Assembly (NCBI GenBank): GCA_036172245.1
Contig: JAYWIR010000017.1
Location: 806,001 to 870,000, forward strand
Length of the DNA: 64,000 bases
Direction of reading: 5' to 3'
DNA from: Raillietiella orientalis
Lineage: Eukaryota
Shown here: positions 1 through 12,100 of the stretch, piece after piece
How the letters are laid out: each line of letters starts with the position of its first letter
How positions within the stretch are numbered: position 1 is the stretch's first letter
Notes under the pieces: generated by a model
Seen by the model: only the letters and a program-made list of their open reading frames with translations
What the model was told of the DNA's origin: nothing
Database searches by the model: none
Position numbers and translations under genes: made by a program

Positions 1-883
1 ATTTGAAATAAATATGATCTTAGTAGCTGGCTTAAGGAGCTCATCTTCTGATTTTTTTTTTTTTTTTATTGCATTCCTGGGTTTTACACACGTCGATACA
101 GATGGACGTTCTGTCGGCGAGACGAAGATTCAATAAACGATCTTAATTTGTCCGAATTGGCATTCCATCGCTCATCTCTTCAAAAGTTCCAAGTCCTGCG
201 AACGCATCTATCGATCCTTGATTCTAGATCCTCTTCAAGCTTTCCGATCCGTCGGAAAGCATCGAGATTCCTCTTAATGCAGTTTTATCACGCAAGCACA
301 GCAAACGCGTACATGAATCCGAAGTATACAAATCCGAGCGTAGACTCCTTGGGTTGCCTTTGGAAATGCACATGTGAATGTACATTCATCCTGGACAACA
401 ATTAGCACAGATGTGTGAATCATTTCCATCCCAGACAGAATTGCGGACCGAGACTGGCAGAGTCTGTGCGTAGAAATTAAAATGCAAATCTGCCGTGAGA
501 GGGTTCACGTCGACTTGAAATGTACCACGTTTGCTCCATCAACTCACACCCTCTTCTTCAACATTTGGATTCTCCTATCAATGGACAGGAACATTTTTTG
601 GTACAGCACCACGCAATCTACCACAAACTCCCTTCGTGAGCAAGGAGGAGGAGGAGGGGAGTAGAAATTACTTTGCTGTTTCATTGTGAGCATCACAGAC
701 ACAAGCACAGGTGACAGCGAACAGCTAGGAAGAAAAAGATGGAGGATGCACTTGCCGCTATCTATACGTGGAAAAATTAACTAAAGAAAAAAGCCTGTCG
801 TTCGAAAAATCAAGTTGTGAGAGCAATCACTTATTTCTCGATTCTGTTTGAGTCAGGCAGAATTGTTAATTATTCATTTTGGA

Positions 884-3800
884 CTAATTTTTCAACCGGT
901 TTTTCCCTTCAATCCAGCGCTTCCTGCGCGTTATCTTGAATGGAACCTTGGAAAATAGTCTCGGATTCCCAGCAACTGATGAACACAACTGATCCATAGA
1001 GTTCGTAGTGGTGTAGCAGATTCGTTGTGGAGCCATGGGCAAAGAGACGTTTCTACGTGTTCCGACGCATTCAATTCTCACTCGAAAGCATTCCGGAGTC
1101 ATGGCCATTGCGCGCTAAGGATGCAGGAGACATGAGAATTGTGAACCGGAGGAGGAGCCCCGAGACTTTCCATTTGCGGTACGGGGAGCCGAAGCAAGTA
1201 GGTTCATCCCATGCAGCAGGCCTTAGCAGACCTGCGTGGAGCACAGGAGTCCACGTGCTATTCTTAGCAGCCTCCTGAGGAGTGGTCGTAGCGGGAACAG
1301 GCATACGCAAAGTGGTTTCACTCATTGATTCCTTTTGATATACTCAGGAGGAAAAGTAGACATCCTGGTAAAGGCGTCTGGAAATCTTCGATGCTCAAGG
1401 ATCATGGACTTCAAGAGTTTTCAAACGAGATATTGATATTGTTCCACAGTCCTCTGCTGTTAATACTGGAATTAGAGATAACCGGCTGCGGTACAAAAAA
1501 AGCTTCTGGGTGTGGTCAGCACACTCAGGGTCATGTAAAGAAAGCGGGCTACAACTGCGGAGGGAGGAAAGAAAAAAAAAAAACAAAAACGAAATCGCTT
1601 GTCGATAAAAAAGAAAAAAAAAACTTTGTCGAGTACGTGTCTCAAGACTCGGCAGAGCAACGAGTTGAGAGATCTTTATTCCTTCTTTAGGAATTATTGT
1701 GAATCCCTCGTCGCCATTGGTGATTGCAATAAGTTTCACTGACCTTCACTCTCATTACATCGCGGAGCTGAAATTAAACCGTATTGAGGACTGATGCTTC
1801 CCCAAAGCTTCGGACAAAAGGAAATTCCATGGTGAGCAACAAGGAGTCATCAGTCTTGGACCTAAAGTGACAAAAATCATGGAGAAAGTTTGTGTGGTTA
1901 ATGAGGATAGGCCTACTCTCTGGCTTGTCTTGGATGGGTTCGGCTATCGATGAAGGTTGGACCATGGCGGAGGTAAAGATAGGCAGGTATTTCACAACTG
2001 CCTTGGAGGGAATGAAAAGCGCATATTGTTGTCATCTAGCGGAGGATTCGAGTACTAACGAAGCAGAATACTCGCTGAGGGGGACATGAGTTTGGTAGAT
2101 ATCCTCATACGGCCATGTGATTTCTGCAGAGTTGAGGGAGACATGCTCCGAAACAGAAGTGCTTCAAGCAAGTCAGCTAACTTAAACCTCAGTGATCTCG
2201 ACCTTTTTCCGCAGACGCAAGTGTTTGAGCTACAAGATACTTACTCTCACCTCTGCCAGAGAAGAAGGAAGCACAGATGCACAATGATCTCTGACGTGAG
2301 CAACCACCGTCAGAAAAGTTCTTGTCGGGAGCCTCTGGACGGACAGCTAGTTGAAGGCTCCGAGAGGAAGGTCTGGGATCTCTGACGAATCTCTGACCTC
2401 AATCTTCATCCTGGTGTCTCCGTGACTCACTCTCTTCTCATCCTCCTCGAAGAACACCCGCATCTCCGAGGTCGAACCTCCGCTCCATATTCACGGGACT
2501 GGCACTTCTTTGTTCGAATTTTCCCTTGGGCCTGGAGCTAGCTGCTCCGACGCGGTGGATTCTTTCCGTGATCCTTGGGAAAGCGGTCACAATGGACAGC
2601 AAGGAGGGATCGTTGATCCAGAAGCTGGCAAAAGACAGACTTTCGTCTCGGCATCCCGGAAAGACACCGGGATCCGATGGTGCGTGAAGACCCTCATAGG
2701 ACTTTCGCAGGGGACTCCGTCATTAGGAGACCGCGCCACATCTGTTTCTCGCCGATCCTTCGGCTAGGGATGCACTTCCTCTAGGAGCGCCGGTAGAGCG
2801 CCCAGATTCCCAGGGGGGCACGGCGGGTAGTAGGGTCTTTCTTTCCCATCCTTTCCCGGGAGGTGTTTGCCCGTCTCTGAGAAGAGCTTCTGTGCAGATC
2901 TCCCGACTTCGCTCTAGAGCAGTAAGAGAGAAGAGTCTCTGACGCGGGTCTTTGAGCTCCTCAGGCTACCCTGTTCCCGTGGCTATCGAGTGGCGCTGCT
3001 TTCTCTGTGCCTGCCAAAGGAGCGTTTGTCCAGGTTTTTTTTCCTGACCCTGGATTTCACCAGGGAGGGTCTTCCATTCAGGGTTCAGAGAGATGGTGAG
3101 AGGGACGCTGCCTTGAACCAGTCCTTCGCCAACGCACGCTCCCTTTCCTTCCTGGAAACCACTCTGGAAGCCCCCCTTCCTCACTCTCGAGTGTCCTGTC
3201 AGTGACCCCCCGGGGGTCAACCGCGTTTCTTGGGAATGTCCGATTTCACGAATCTCTCTCGCCTCGGTTGCCAGTGGAAACTGGAGGATCACCCGAGAAG
3301 TGAAACGGCGATCAGGCAGATGCTATTTTTTCGGCACCCTAGGACGGGTTGCCTGCGGGATGAGCTCGGGAACTTCAGGGGCTCTGAGGAAGGCACGAGT
3401 GGGTTCCGCGCACCCTGCACTTCTGGCGGTGGAGAGCGCACGCTCAGATCTGGGATCTGCGAAGTGTTGGGGAAAGGCACTCCCCGGGGAACGGATGATC
3501 GTCTCACGTCCCCTATAATTCCCACGGCGCTCTGTGGGTCCCAATACACAAGGGGAAGGGACGTCCCTTGCTCAGCCAAGGGACGTGTCTCCCTGGCGAC
3601 GATCCTGATGTGCAGCTTCCGAAGGAAGATCCTTCCACTGGGTTCCCCTTCCTCCCGTGTCGTGTGGCCGGGAGGCTCAGCGTGTTCCTCCTCGCGTCCC
3701 GGGGAAACGCTGCTGACTCCGCCTGGCGAAAGCGTCTGGAGGAAGTGTCTCCGGGAGGGTCTTGAGCGCGTTCTCCTGTCGATTACCTCCGCGCCCCTGC

Positions 3801-4290
3801 GACATTTTGGAGGATGAGATGGTGGGGGAAGGCTTCAGGATTCTTGAGGGATTCTCCTCTCGCTCTCCAAGAACGCTCCCAAGGCGAGTGCAAGCTCCTT
3901 GCAGCTCCACGCGCCGGTCCCTTCGTGCGTATGCGGAAGGGACAGGTCCGTAGCCGCGGCAACCGGCGGCAAGAAGTTCAGAGGAGCGGCTCACGGAGCA
4001 GCTACGTCCTGTAACTTGATGGTTGTTCCACTGGACGGACACCACGATTTGTCAGGTCGCCGCCACCTGCCAGGATGAGCCTGCGGGAATCTGTGCGTCT
4101 TCTCTCCGAGGGGGAGCAGCACCGCCACTGTTCTCTCGAATGGCGCGCAGCGTTCCCGATCGTCATCGATGCCCAAGGGGAGGTGAATGAAGGTCACGGG
4201 CTGGGGAAAGCGATGGCTAGCAAGTGACGGCACCGCGCGATGGCAACTGCTGCCGCCCTCCTGGCGACGGTGACAGCGACGCACGATCAT
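884..4290 (-). mobile_element. Highly decayed, near full-length L1/Tx1-type LINE fossil (ORF1, APE, RT)
   Basis: Degenerate motifs in correct order and roughly correct spacing: VTFIHLPLGIDD (ORF1, about 4180), SQETRL (3225), SGDLH (2900), FTHHR (SDH, 2680), FWINDPSLL (2610), KSHG (KSPG, 2115), TNG..EGIK (1700), CADHT (YADDT, 1515), KV..EG (920). Recognised by eye. Confidence 0.6.
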
Positions 4291-6006
4291 GGAGCCGTGG
4301 TAACGATGGATGGGGCCGATGGACCAGAAGGGGCGGTTTCGTGGGCAAGGACCTTAGAAACCACAGTGATGGTGGAAATGACGGCCGTATCTGGCTGCTG
4401 TCAACGATGACTATGGCAACAACCTTGTCGGTGCGCTTATGGAAGCGACAGTGCAGGAGGCGAGGACACCGATCTCTGCGGGAACGGCGAGACGTGCGAG
4501 CCATTTCCCTGGCAACTAGCATTAGAGGAAGGGGCGGCGTTCATGAAAACGAGCATCCTTTTGGGGGTGCCCGAGGCATGTTTGCGACACCGCGCTCTCA
4601 TCCCACACAATTGGCAGGGAAAAGGACCGTTCAGTGTCCGGGTTGCCCTTGTGTTCTGAGCATCCCTAGAGAGGACCACACCTCTTCCTTTCCGGCAGAA
4701 TAGTCCTGGAGAATTACGGGAGGACTTCGAGTCGGCCCATGTTCTGCCCTCGGGGATCGCGGCCGTCGCCCTGAGGTTTTCCTCGGTGGCATCGTGAGGT
4801 GTCGCCGGGAGCGGGAAGACGGCTGGACCCAGCTCGATCGATCCGCAGGCAGGAAGAGGAGAAACGAGACCGGAGGGAATCTTGGGATTCCGGCATTCCC
4901 GTGGTCGCCCGAAGGGACCTCGATTGCAAAACCTCGGACGCAGAGCCACCTCCGCTCCCCCTTGAGGCAGGAAGGCGGGTGGGTTCGTCGCCCTATGGAT
5001 CGGAGGGTTTCCAGGGATGGACGCCACCATCCCTCTCATTGATCGGAAGAGAAATCAGCAGGCAGGGGGTGGCCTATTGCCCATATTCCCTGTTCTTCTC
5101 CCCTTGGGATGTGCTCCTGCCTGGAGAACTCCCGCCGGAAAACTGTGGATCCGAAAGTAGGGCCGACTTCAGGGCAAGGCGGCTTCCGGAAGCCTTCCTC
5201 TCCGTCCCGGGTAGATTCGAGAGAAGCGCGGGAGCGAGGGGGCCAGCACCTTCGTCCGGGTCCGGAAACTGTGGCATCTCTCCCGGAGGAGGGAACCTTG
5301 GCTTACTTCCCCCTGTGTCCCAGAAGTGGGGGAAGCGTGGGGAGAGGGAGAGTCCCGGAAACCGGGATGGGACGAGAAAGCTCGCCTGAAAGGCCGGCCG
5401 CGTCCTATTACCGCAGACGCCTCGGAGACCGGAGTCACAGCGCGTCCTCCTGACCATTCCCTACCGAGAGTCCCCGACTTTTTTCAGAATCTCAAGCACG
5501 ACCTTCTGTTTTCCGGCATCCCGTTTATTCCCGGAACGTCCGCCTCTAGCGGGACGGACGGCGGCGATTCTCCTTCGTTGCCGGGGCAACGAGAACGCGT
5601 CCTCCTTCCCGGAGCGACGCAGCCGCGGGAGCATTCGGTGGCCCGGGAACTCCCTCGTCCGTCGGAGGGTCTGCTCCTGTTCCAATGCTTCTTGAGCGCG
5701 AAGGAGCTTTCCTGAGGAATGCGGGGAGATGGAGAGAGGGGGGAAAGGGGGGAAGAGGCAAATCCGATCCGAGGAACGCGCTGCTGCATTCCCCGTTGCG
5801 GTCCGTCGAGCCCGGAAGGAATGAACGGCTCCGATTCCGCCAGTGGGAAGGATTCCTGGAAGGCAGGGATAGCACGCGTTTCTCCTTGACGCTCTTCACG
5901 GGGAGAGAGAGGAGAAGGACGGCTGGAGGGAGAAAGCAGAGGGAGAGGAGGAGGAACGTCTTACCGGAGATCCGCCGGGGGCGAGGAGGAGGAAAGGCCT
6001 GAGGAG

Positions 6007-6134
6007 TCAGGAGTTCCGGAAGAGGTTTCCAAAAGAAGCCATCGCCACGGTGACCGCGGTCCAGAGGCCGGACGCTTCCCTCGGCGAGGGGGCAGATGCG
6101 CCCCGCCCCAACTGCATGGCCTCCGGATGCTTCT
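6007..6134 (-). CDS. Dpr-like gene exon 5 (C-terminal tail, stop)
   Basis: Acceptor ttctcgccctcag| in phase 1 gives EKHPEAMQLG...SGLWTAVTVAMASFGNLFRNS-stop, resembling the Dpr E.PAAMQ motif plus a GPI-like tail. Confidence 0.8.
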
Positions 6135-9100
6135 CTGAGGGCGAGAAGGTGGGTGAGATGCGCTCGGGGCGGGATTCTTGGCGTCTCAAGGACGAAGGCA
6201 TTCCAAGGTAGTCCCTCCGGCGACCGCTCTTCGGTCGAGCGGCTGCCGCGCGCACGCGTGCATCCGGAAGAAAAGGGAGTTCCTCCCCTAGCCCCGTCAA
6301 GAAACGCCCCAGCTCGTTCCGACGAAGAGAGGCGGAAGCGTGGCCCGGGAGAACCGACAGAGACACAGCGGAGCGGAGCTCCCGGAGTCCGAGGGTGGGC
6401 CGCGTCTACCGCCTTCTCCGACCTACGGACCACCGGATGGGCACGGAGGAGGGTCTTTTTTTTTCTCCAGGGAAGGAGGTCGACCGCATGTTCTGACGTA
6501 CCTTTGACCACGTGGATGAGGACGAAGTCGTTCATCCCGTCCGGGGTAACGCAGGAGTAGTTGCCCTGGTCGGAGAAGGTGACGTCGGTGATGGCCATGC
6601 TGGCGATGTAGGTGGACAGGTTGAACCTCCTTGTCAAGAAGGTTAGCCGGGATGCGTTGTCGGCCAGCAGTCTCCCGGCTTCCTTGTACCAGAAGACGAA
6701 CGCAGGGTCCCCGACCACCCGGCTGAGGACGCAGGCGACGGACACGTTCGCGCGCAGGTCCGCGTGCACCTCGCCCGAGCCCTGCACCCGCAACTCCGGG
6801 ACTGTGGCGGGAAAGGGACGTAGCGATCCGGAGGGTGAGCGCACTCGTCTCACCCACGACGTTGAGGATGACTTCCCTGCTGATCTTCGGCTCGGAAGAC
6901 AGCTGACAATCGTAGCTGCCGGAGTCGGCGCGCGTGGCGTACTTGATCTGTAGCGTCCACGTGGACTCGGGCAGCGAACGGAGCACGCGGAAGCGCTTGT
7001 CCTCGATGAGCACCATCTGATCGATGGAGAGAATGTAGGCATCTCTGCGTCGGGTCCAGATCACCTGAGGATACAGGAAGGAGGAGAACGTCGCGCTTCC
7101 GCCTTCGAGGGACGAGCAAGAGGAGGGGTGGAGTGGGGCGGATTCCTGGCGGAGTAGCCGAAGACAAAGACCGAGAACGTCGGCGACAACCGGGCTCTCC
7201 TCAACGCTGCTCCTCAGCCGCAGGAGATCCTCCGGAATGAAAACAAGGAAGAGGGAAGAAAAGAGAGAGAGCCGCAGAAGGTGGAGCCGGCGCAAGGTCA
7301 GCTGCCGCCCAGCTTCCAAGCGCGGCTATCTGAACGCGGAGCGTCCTCGAATCTCGTTGAGATCCCGCTTCCAACCCAACGGGAATGGATCAGAATTTCC
7401 CAGAAAGGCCCCTTTTTTGTCTCTGGAATAGTAATACTGGATGACCCCCAAAGGTCAGTCTATTCTCATCGATGCAAGATCATGAGCAGGAGGAGAGAAA
7501 GAAAAAGAGCCTCTCTGCGTAAGAAATCCCACCATCCCTTGAAAATGAAATGGAAACTTCATCCGTGTACACGACATGCCTTTGCAGCATCCTGTAGAAA
7601 ATTCCACGAGAGCGATGGTGGGTGATCCTGGAAGTGAGCCACCCTCTCCGTGATGGAGCATCTTCTCTCATCAGAGCATCTGCACCCTGAGCTCGTCACC
7701 ACCCAACACGAGACCCAGCGCCGCCTTCCCCTTTCCAGGTTGCCCGGAGGACTCCGAGCAGTCTCGGCTCTCCGTTTCTATGCCAAAAAGGAAAGAAGGC
7801 TGCAAACAGCCGAACATCTCCGATGGTTCCCTCGGCTCCAGAAGCAAAGAGTGGGGGAAGAGGGCGGCTCGACATCTGTCCTTGAAATTCGCATTGTCAC
7901 GTTCGACGTCGTCTGAGCCGACTCCCAGGAACAACTTCAATGCAAAATGGATTTCCTCTAACTATCAAGAAAGGACGCAAGTGATCTAGTGTTTTTTTCG
8001 TATCTTTTTTTTTTTTTGTTTTGAACCTTCCAATCTTCCCCTCTGTGTAAGTGCTTCCTGGAGGAACAAGAAAACAAGAGAGGAAGGAAGAGGAAGAGCG
8101 GGAAGTGGTCTTGAAGTTTTCGCTCCGTGATCTGTGAGAATCCACTTAGAACCTCAACGGTTCTGGAACTGAACTTCACAGCTTTCTCGGAGCCCGGAGA
8201 GCTTCGAGTTTTTGATGCTTGCGTTTCTAGTAAGAGAACGTCGCCAAGCTGTCTCCTCTTCGGTAGAACCACTGCAGAACAGCAGTCTCGAAACGTTTTG
8301 GATCCGGAGAGGAGTCATCGACCTCTCTCTGAGAAGTGCTGGGAAAACATCACTTAGCTGTCTGTTCTTTATCTCCTTTGACTGATATGAAAACCTTTGC
8401 AATGAGTAGCCATATGCGAAAGAAGAAGAGGAAAGAGGCATTTCAAACGTCCATCCACTTCAGCATCAGCTGTCGTCTTCCGAGCTTATTCATTTAGATG
8501 CCCTCATCCATGGAATTCTTTCGTAAAAGGCGAGAGAATTCTGCTATGGAATGAAGTCCGTTTATTCATTCCCTTCCACTTTCGCCTTTTTCCATTCCTT
8601 CTTCCTCCTCCCTTCTGGTTCCCTAAAGTAATTCGGGTGCCATCGAAACGGCTCAATCCGTGAGGGTTCTCTGAGATTAAGAGAGGAGTTCCGTTTCTGA
8701 AGGGTCTCCTTTTCCGGAGAATTTAAGGGGCCTACTGTGTCCACAGTGTCTTCGGGATGTCATGTGTTCACCTTGACAATGAGGACTCTGTATGATGCAA
8801 GCAAGAGTCATGGCAATTCGGCTGTAACAGAATTTGACTTATTGAAACTCAACTAGGCTCCTTTTCTTTGACAGCGGATTCAACGCTAAAGCATTCCCAC
8901 AAGTTCTTACCTACGAACTCAGACCACATGTGTCGTAGAAAAAGAGAGAAGGTTGGCGGTCCCCTATAAGTATACGGATGGAACAGCCCACATGTCTGCG
9001 GGACAAAATTGGCCTTTCTGTTATCCCTGATACATGGCACATTCTACCTCTGTTTGCGTGGAGCGCATGGGGAGATAAATTTCGTCCGTTTATGACGCTG

Positions 9101-12100
9101 TTCAGCAATGGTCTACTGATAGCAGAATGTGTGATTTGTCAGTAGAATCTACAGATGAATTACTCTTTGTGGAATCACTCTGTTGTCAGCTCCACCATGG
9201 CTTGTTGCGAAAAAGAATGGTTGCAACCGTTTTCTTTTCCTTCGTCATTTCCTTTGCACGCGAGCGCTCTCCCGACGGCATCCGAAGGAACTTCCAGCGG
9301 CGCGAGTGGTCGATAGAGCTCATGTCTAAGCTCTGGACTTGACAAACAGCAAGTGGCCAGCGCAACGAGGAGGAATCGGTTCTCGGAATTTGGCTCACTC
9401 TCACGGCACATAACCTTCTCACTTGACCATGTTTTATCTACCACTGTGCTTTAACTAATCATTTGAAACAGATTCCTAGAAACAATAGAAGCGTGGTGAC
9501 TGCAGATTAAAGGATTTGCAATTATCCTAGAAGAGCACCCATTATGAAAAACTAGGATTAAGTTTTTGTCATATTCGAAAAGGACCTAGAGCCGCTCTTT
9601 TGGCTTCAAACGTTTTCAGTTTTGTCGGAGATATTTTCACTTGTTTGCTCTCCCGAGCGATGCATTGCTGCAGTGCACACGGGAAAATGCCAATAGCAGA
9701 ACCTGTGCGAGTCAAACTCTTTTCATGAATGGAGGTTTCTTTCATGGGGACCAGTTTGGTTTGCCATTCGTATGGGGGCGTTGTGGTAACAGAGGAAAGA
9801 AAGGAGTTTTCCTCCGTTGTCGACAGATGACGCTGCGTATTCGGTAGCACCGTGTGATCCGAAAGTGCAAGTGTTATGCCACCTAGGCGTAACATAAAGC
9901 GTTGGTATGGAAACACGCGACGTGTTGAGGGTTTCCTGACCAAGTTGAGTCCGTGTATCCAATTGCTACAAATTAGGGGAACTTACAGGATATCCCTCCA
10001 AAATCGATTCGTCGGACCTGGAAATGGATCATTGCTTGGACACTGTCCGATCGGACTGGAGAGTTCGAAGCTGTGAAAAAATTACCATCCTTCTGCATTT
10101 GCGTGAAAAATTCATAAAGACTAGTCCAACCTTTCATCACGATTGACATGTGACGATATCTCTGTCGTGAGGAACAAGGAAGTAAGAGGCCGGGAGTGCA
10201 CTTCCCAAGCGTCACTTTGCAGTCTAACGTTGTGAGAAATCTTTTGTCCATCATCGATCTCTTCCCCAGCATTCTGAGACCAAGTATCGGTAAGTAGAAA
10301 TTCTATAAAGCAAATCTGAGGCAGCATATCTATGAACTAAGGATGGGACTTCTGACAAGAAGAGAGTATTGAATGCGTGAAGTCAGAAAGATGCTGAGGA
10401 TCCATGCTCCCCCATGTGGCCGATACACTCGTGCTGCTAAAGAACCAGCTTCGATGGTTCTTCCTTAGTCGGTGAAGATTCCAATCCACGTCATCTTTTT
10501 GAGAGCCTCTCCAGTCGTTGCTTCTACTTGCAAAACTTCAAGTTTGTCGCAATGTCAGGAAGGAGGCCATGGTGGAGTCGCGAGCCATGAGTGCAAAGAG
10601 ATATCAAAGCTACAGCTGCCGTGATGAACTAAGAAAAGCTCCATTTCCTGCAGAGCTTTCCCTTTCAAATACATTCAAGATTTATTGCAATTTTGCAGCT
10701 TCCACTTCTAAGTGCTTGAATGTTGCCTAAATTCTTCGCCCTTTTGCTGCAAGCACTTTGTTGGAAAGTCTTATCGATCAGGAAAGCAATCCGAATTCTT
10801 AATTTTTGAGCCGAAATCTTCCCCTGCTCTCGTGAACGCTCATAAAATCAACTTTCACTTTTAGGGACTGTTTGAAAAAAAAAATAAAATAAAAAGTAGC
10901 TAAACGGCATGCAGCCGAGGGACCAGTTTCGCATCCATAACTCAAGTATGTCTCAGCGACGTCCACATTTCATCGGCTCGCTACCTGCAGTTTCATTTGG
11001 ACGGGTTTCTTCTTCATTTGAGATCAGCTTCGCACACGAGCATCTTCGAATGCTGAGTACAAAAAAAGCAGGTTCTTCTTTCTCATGAATGTTGATTGCA
11101 CCCAGCGGGTTACGTCTGTTGCTAAGGGAGATGCGTTCGAAAGCCAAGTTTAAAGATTGAACTGAAGAAAGACCAGGAAATGTCTTACGGAAACTTCATC
11201 TAACATATGTGTACTACTTCCAGTGTGTGTGTATGACTACTATTCAAAATTTCTAGACACTGCTAAGCATTACAAAAGATAGAAACCCCTCAATAGTATA
11301 TAGACATGGTATTTTCAATATCTCAAAGGAAAGCATATCAATCAGTTTGTATAATATAATATGTATGCATTCGATAAATTCATATGCTTACATTGCTTCT
11401 ATATGTACGTATTCATTCACACAAACACATATTTATATGCATATGTATGCACATCATTATTATATCATGCTTTACTATTATATCATGCTTCACGTCCTGA
11501 AGTCTCAAACATGTGATCCTGACCACAGGACAGAATTCTGTACATCCTTGTAATGACTCGACTGAGTTTACCTCCTGGCAAAAGAAAAATTTCGAACTAG
11601 GCGAAGATATACACGCATGATTGTCATACATAGGCATCACTCATACCACTAACTTGACTCCGCACTCTGTGCTGCAGCAAGGATGCGTTTCGGGATTTCC
11701 CCGATCAGCTCACCAGCTCAACACTTAAATGCCACTTCAGAGCACTTACGTGGTAAGTGCTCTGGAATGAAATCGTGGCTCCACGAAAGCCTCACTTGTT
11801 TTTCATCCCCGCAGGATTCATCTATCCTCTGATTCACGTCGTTTTCCGGTTTCTCCCATTTCATATTCAGCTCGTATTGATTCATATTTTTCGTGAAAAT
11901 GTACCAACTTTCCTCCATCACATTCTTTGTGCTGTGAGGAAAGAAAGTTTCGAATCAACTGGGAATAAAACTGCAACGGTCGCAAACTGAGACACGATCC
12001 CCGTCGCCAGGATTGACGATCTCCTGATATAAATACTTACACACACATCCATCTCCCTAGAAACCGTGAATAGGAAGCTTGTCATGAATGTGCTCTGTTC

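Noticed and set aside
2105..2160. Plus-strand zinc-knuckle-like RPCDFCRVEG
   Set aside because: Lacks His and the last Cys; better explained as antisense of the LINE fossil.
4185..4400. Trypsin-like VTGWG motif
   Set aside because: No catalytic His/Asp/Ser motifs; antisense of LINE ORF1.
5900..6000. Alternative hydrophobic last exon (FLLLSLCFLPPAVLLLSL)
   Set aside because: Derives from a CT-rich tract; exon 6007-6134 has the Dpr motif and the correct phase.
5546..7042. 498-aa ORF as a single gene
   Set aside because: Only 6502-6801 (Ig2 exon) is protein-like; the rest is GC-rich read-through of introns and UTR.
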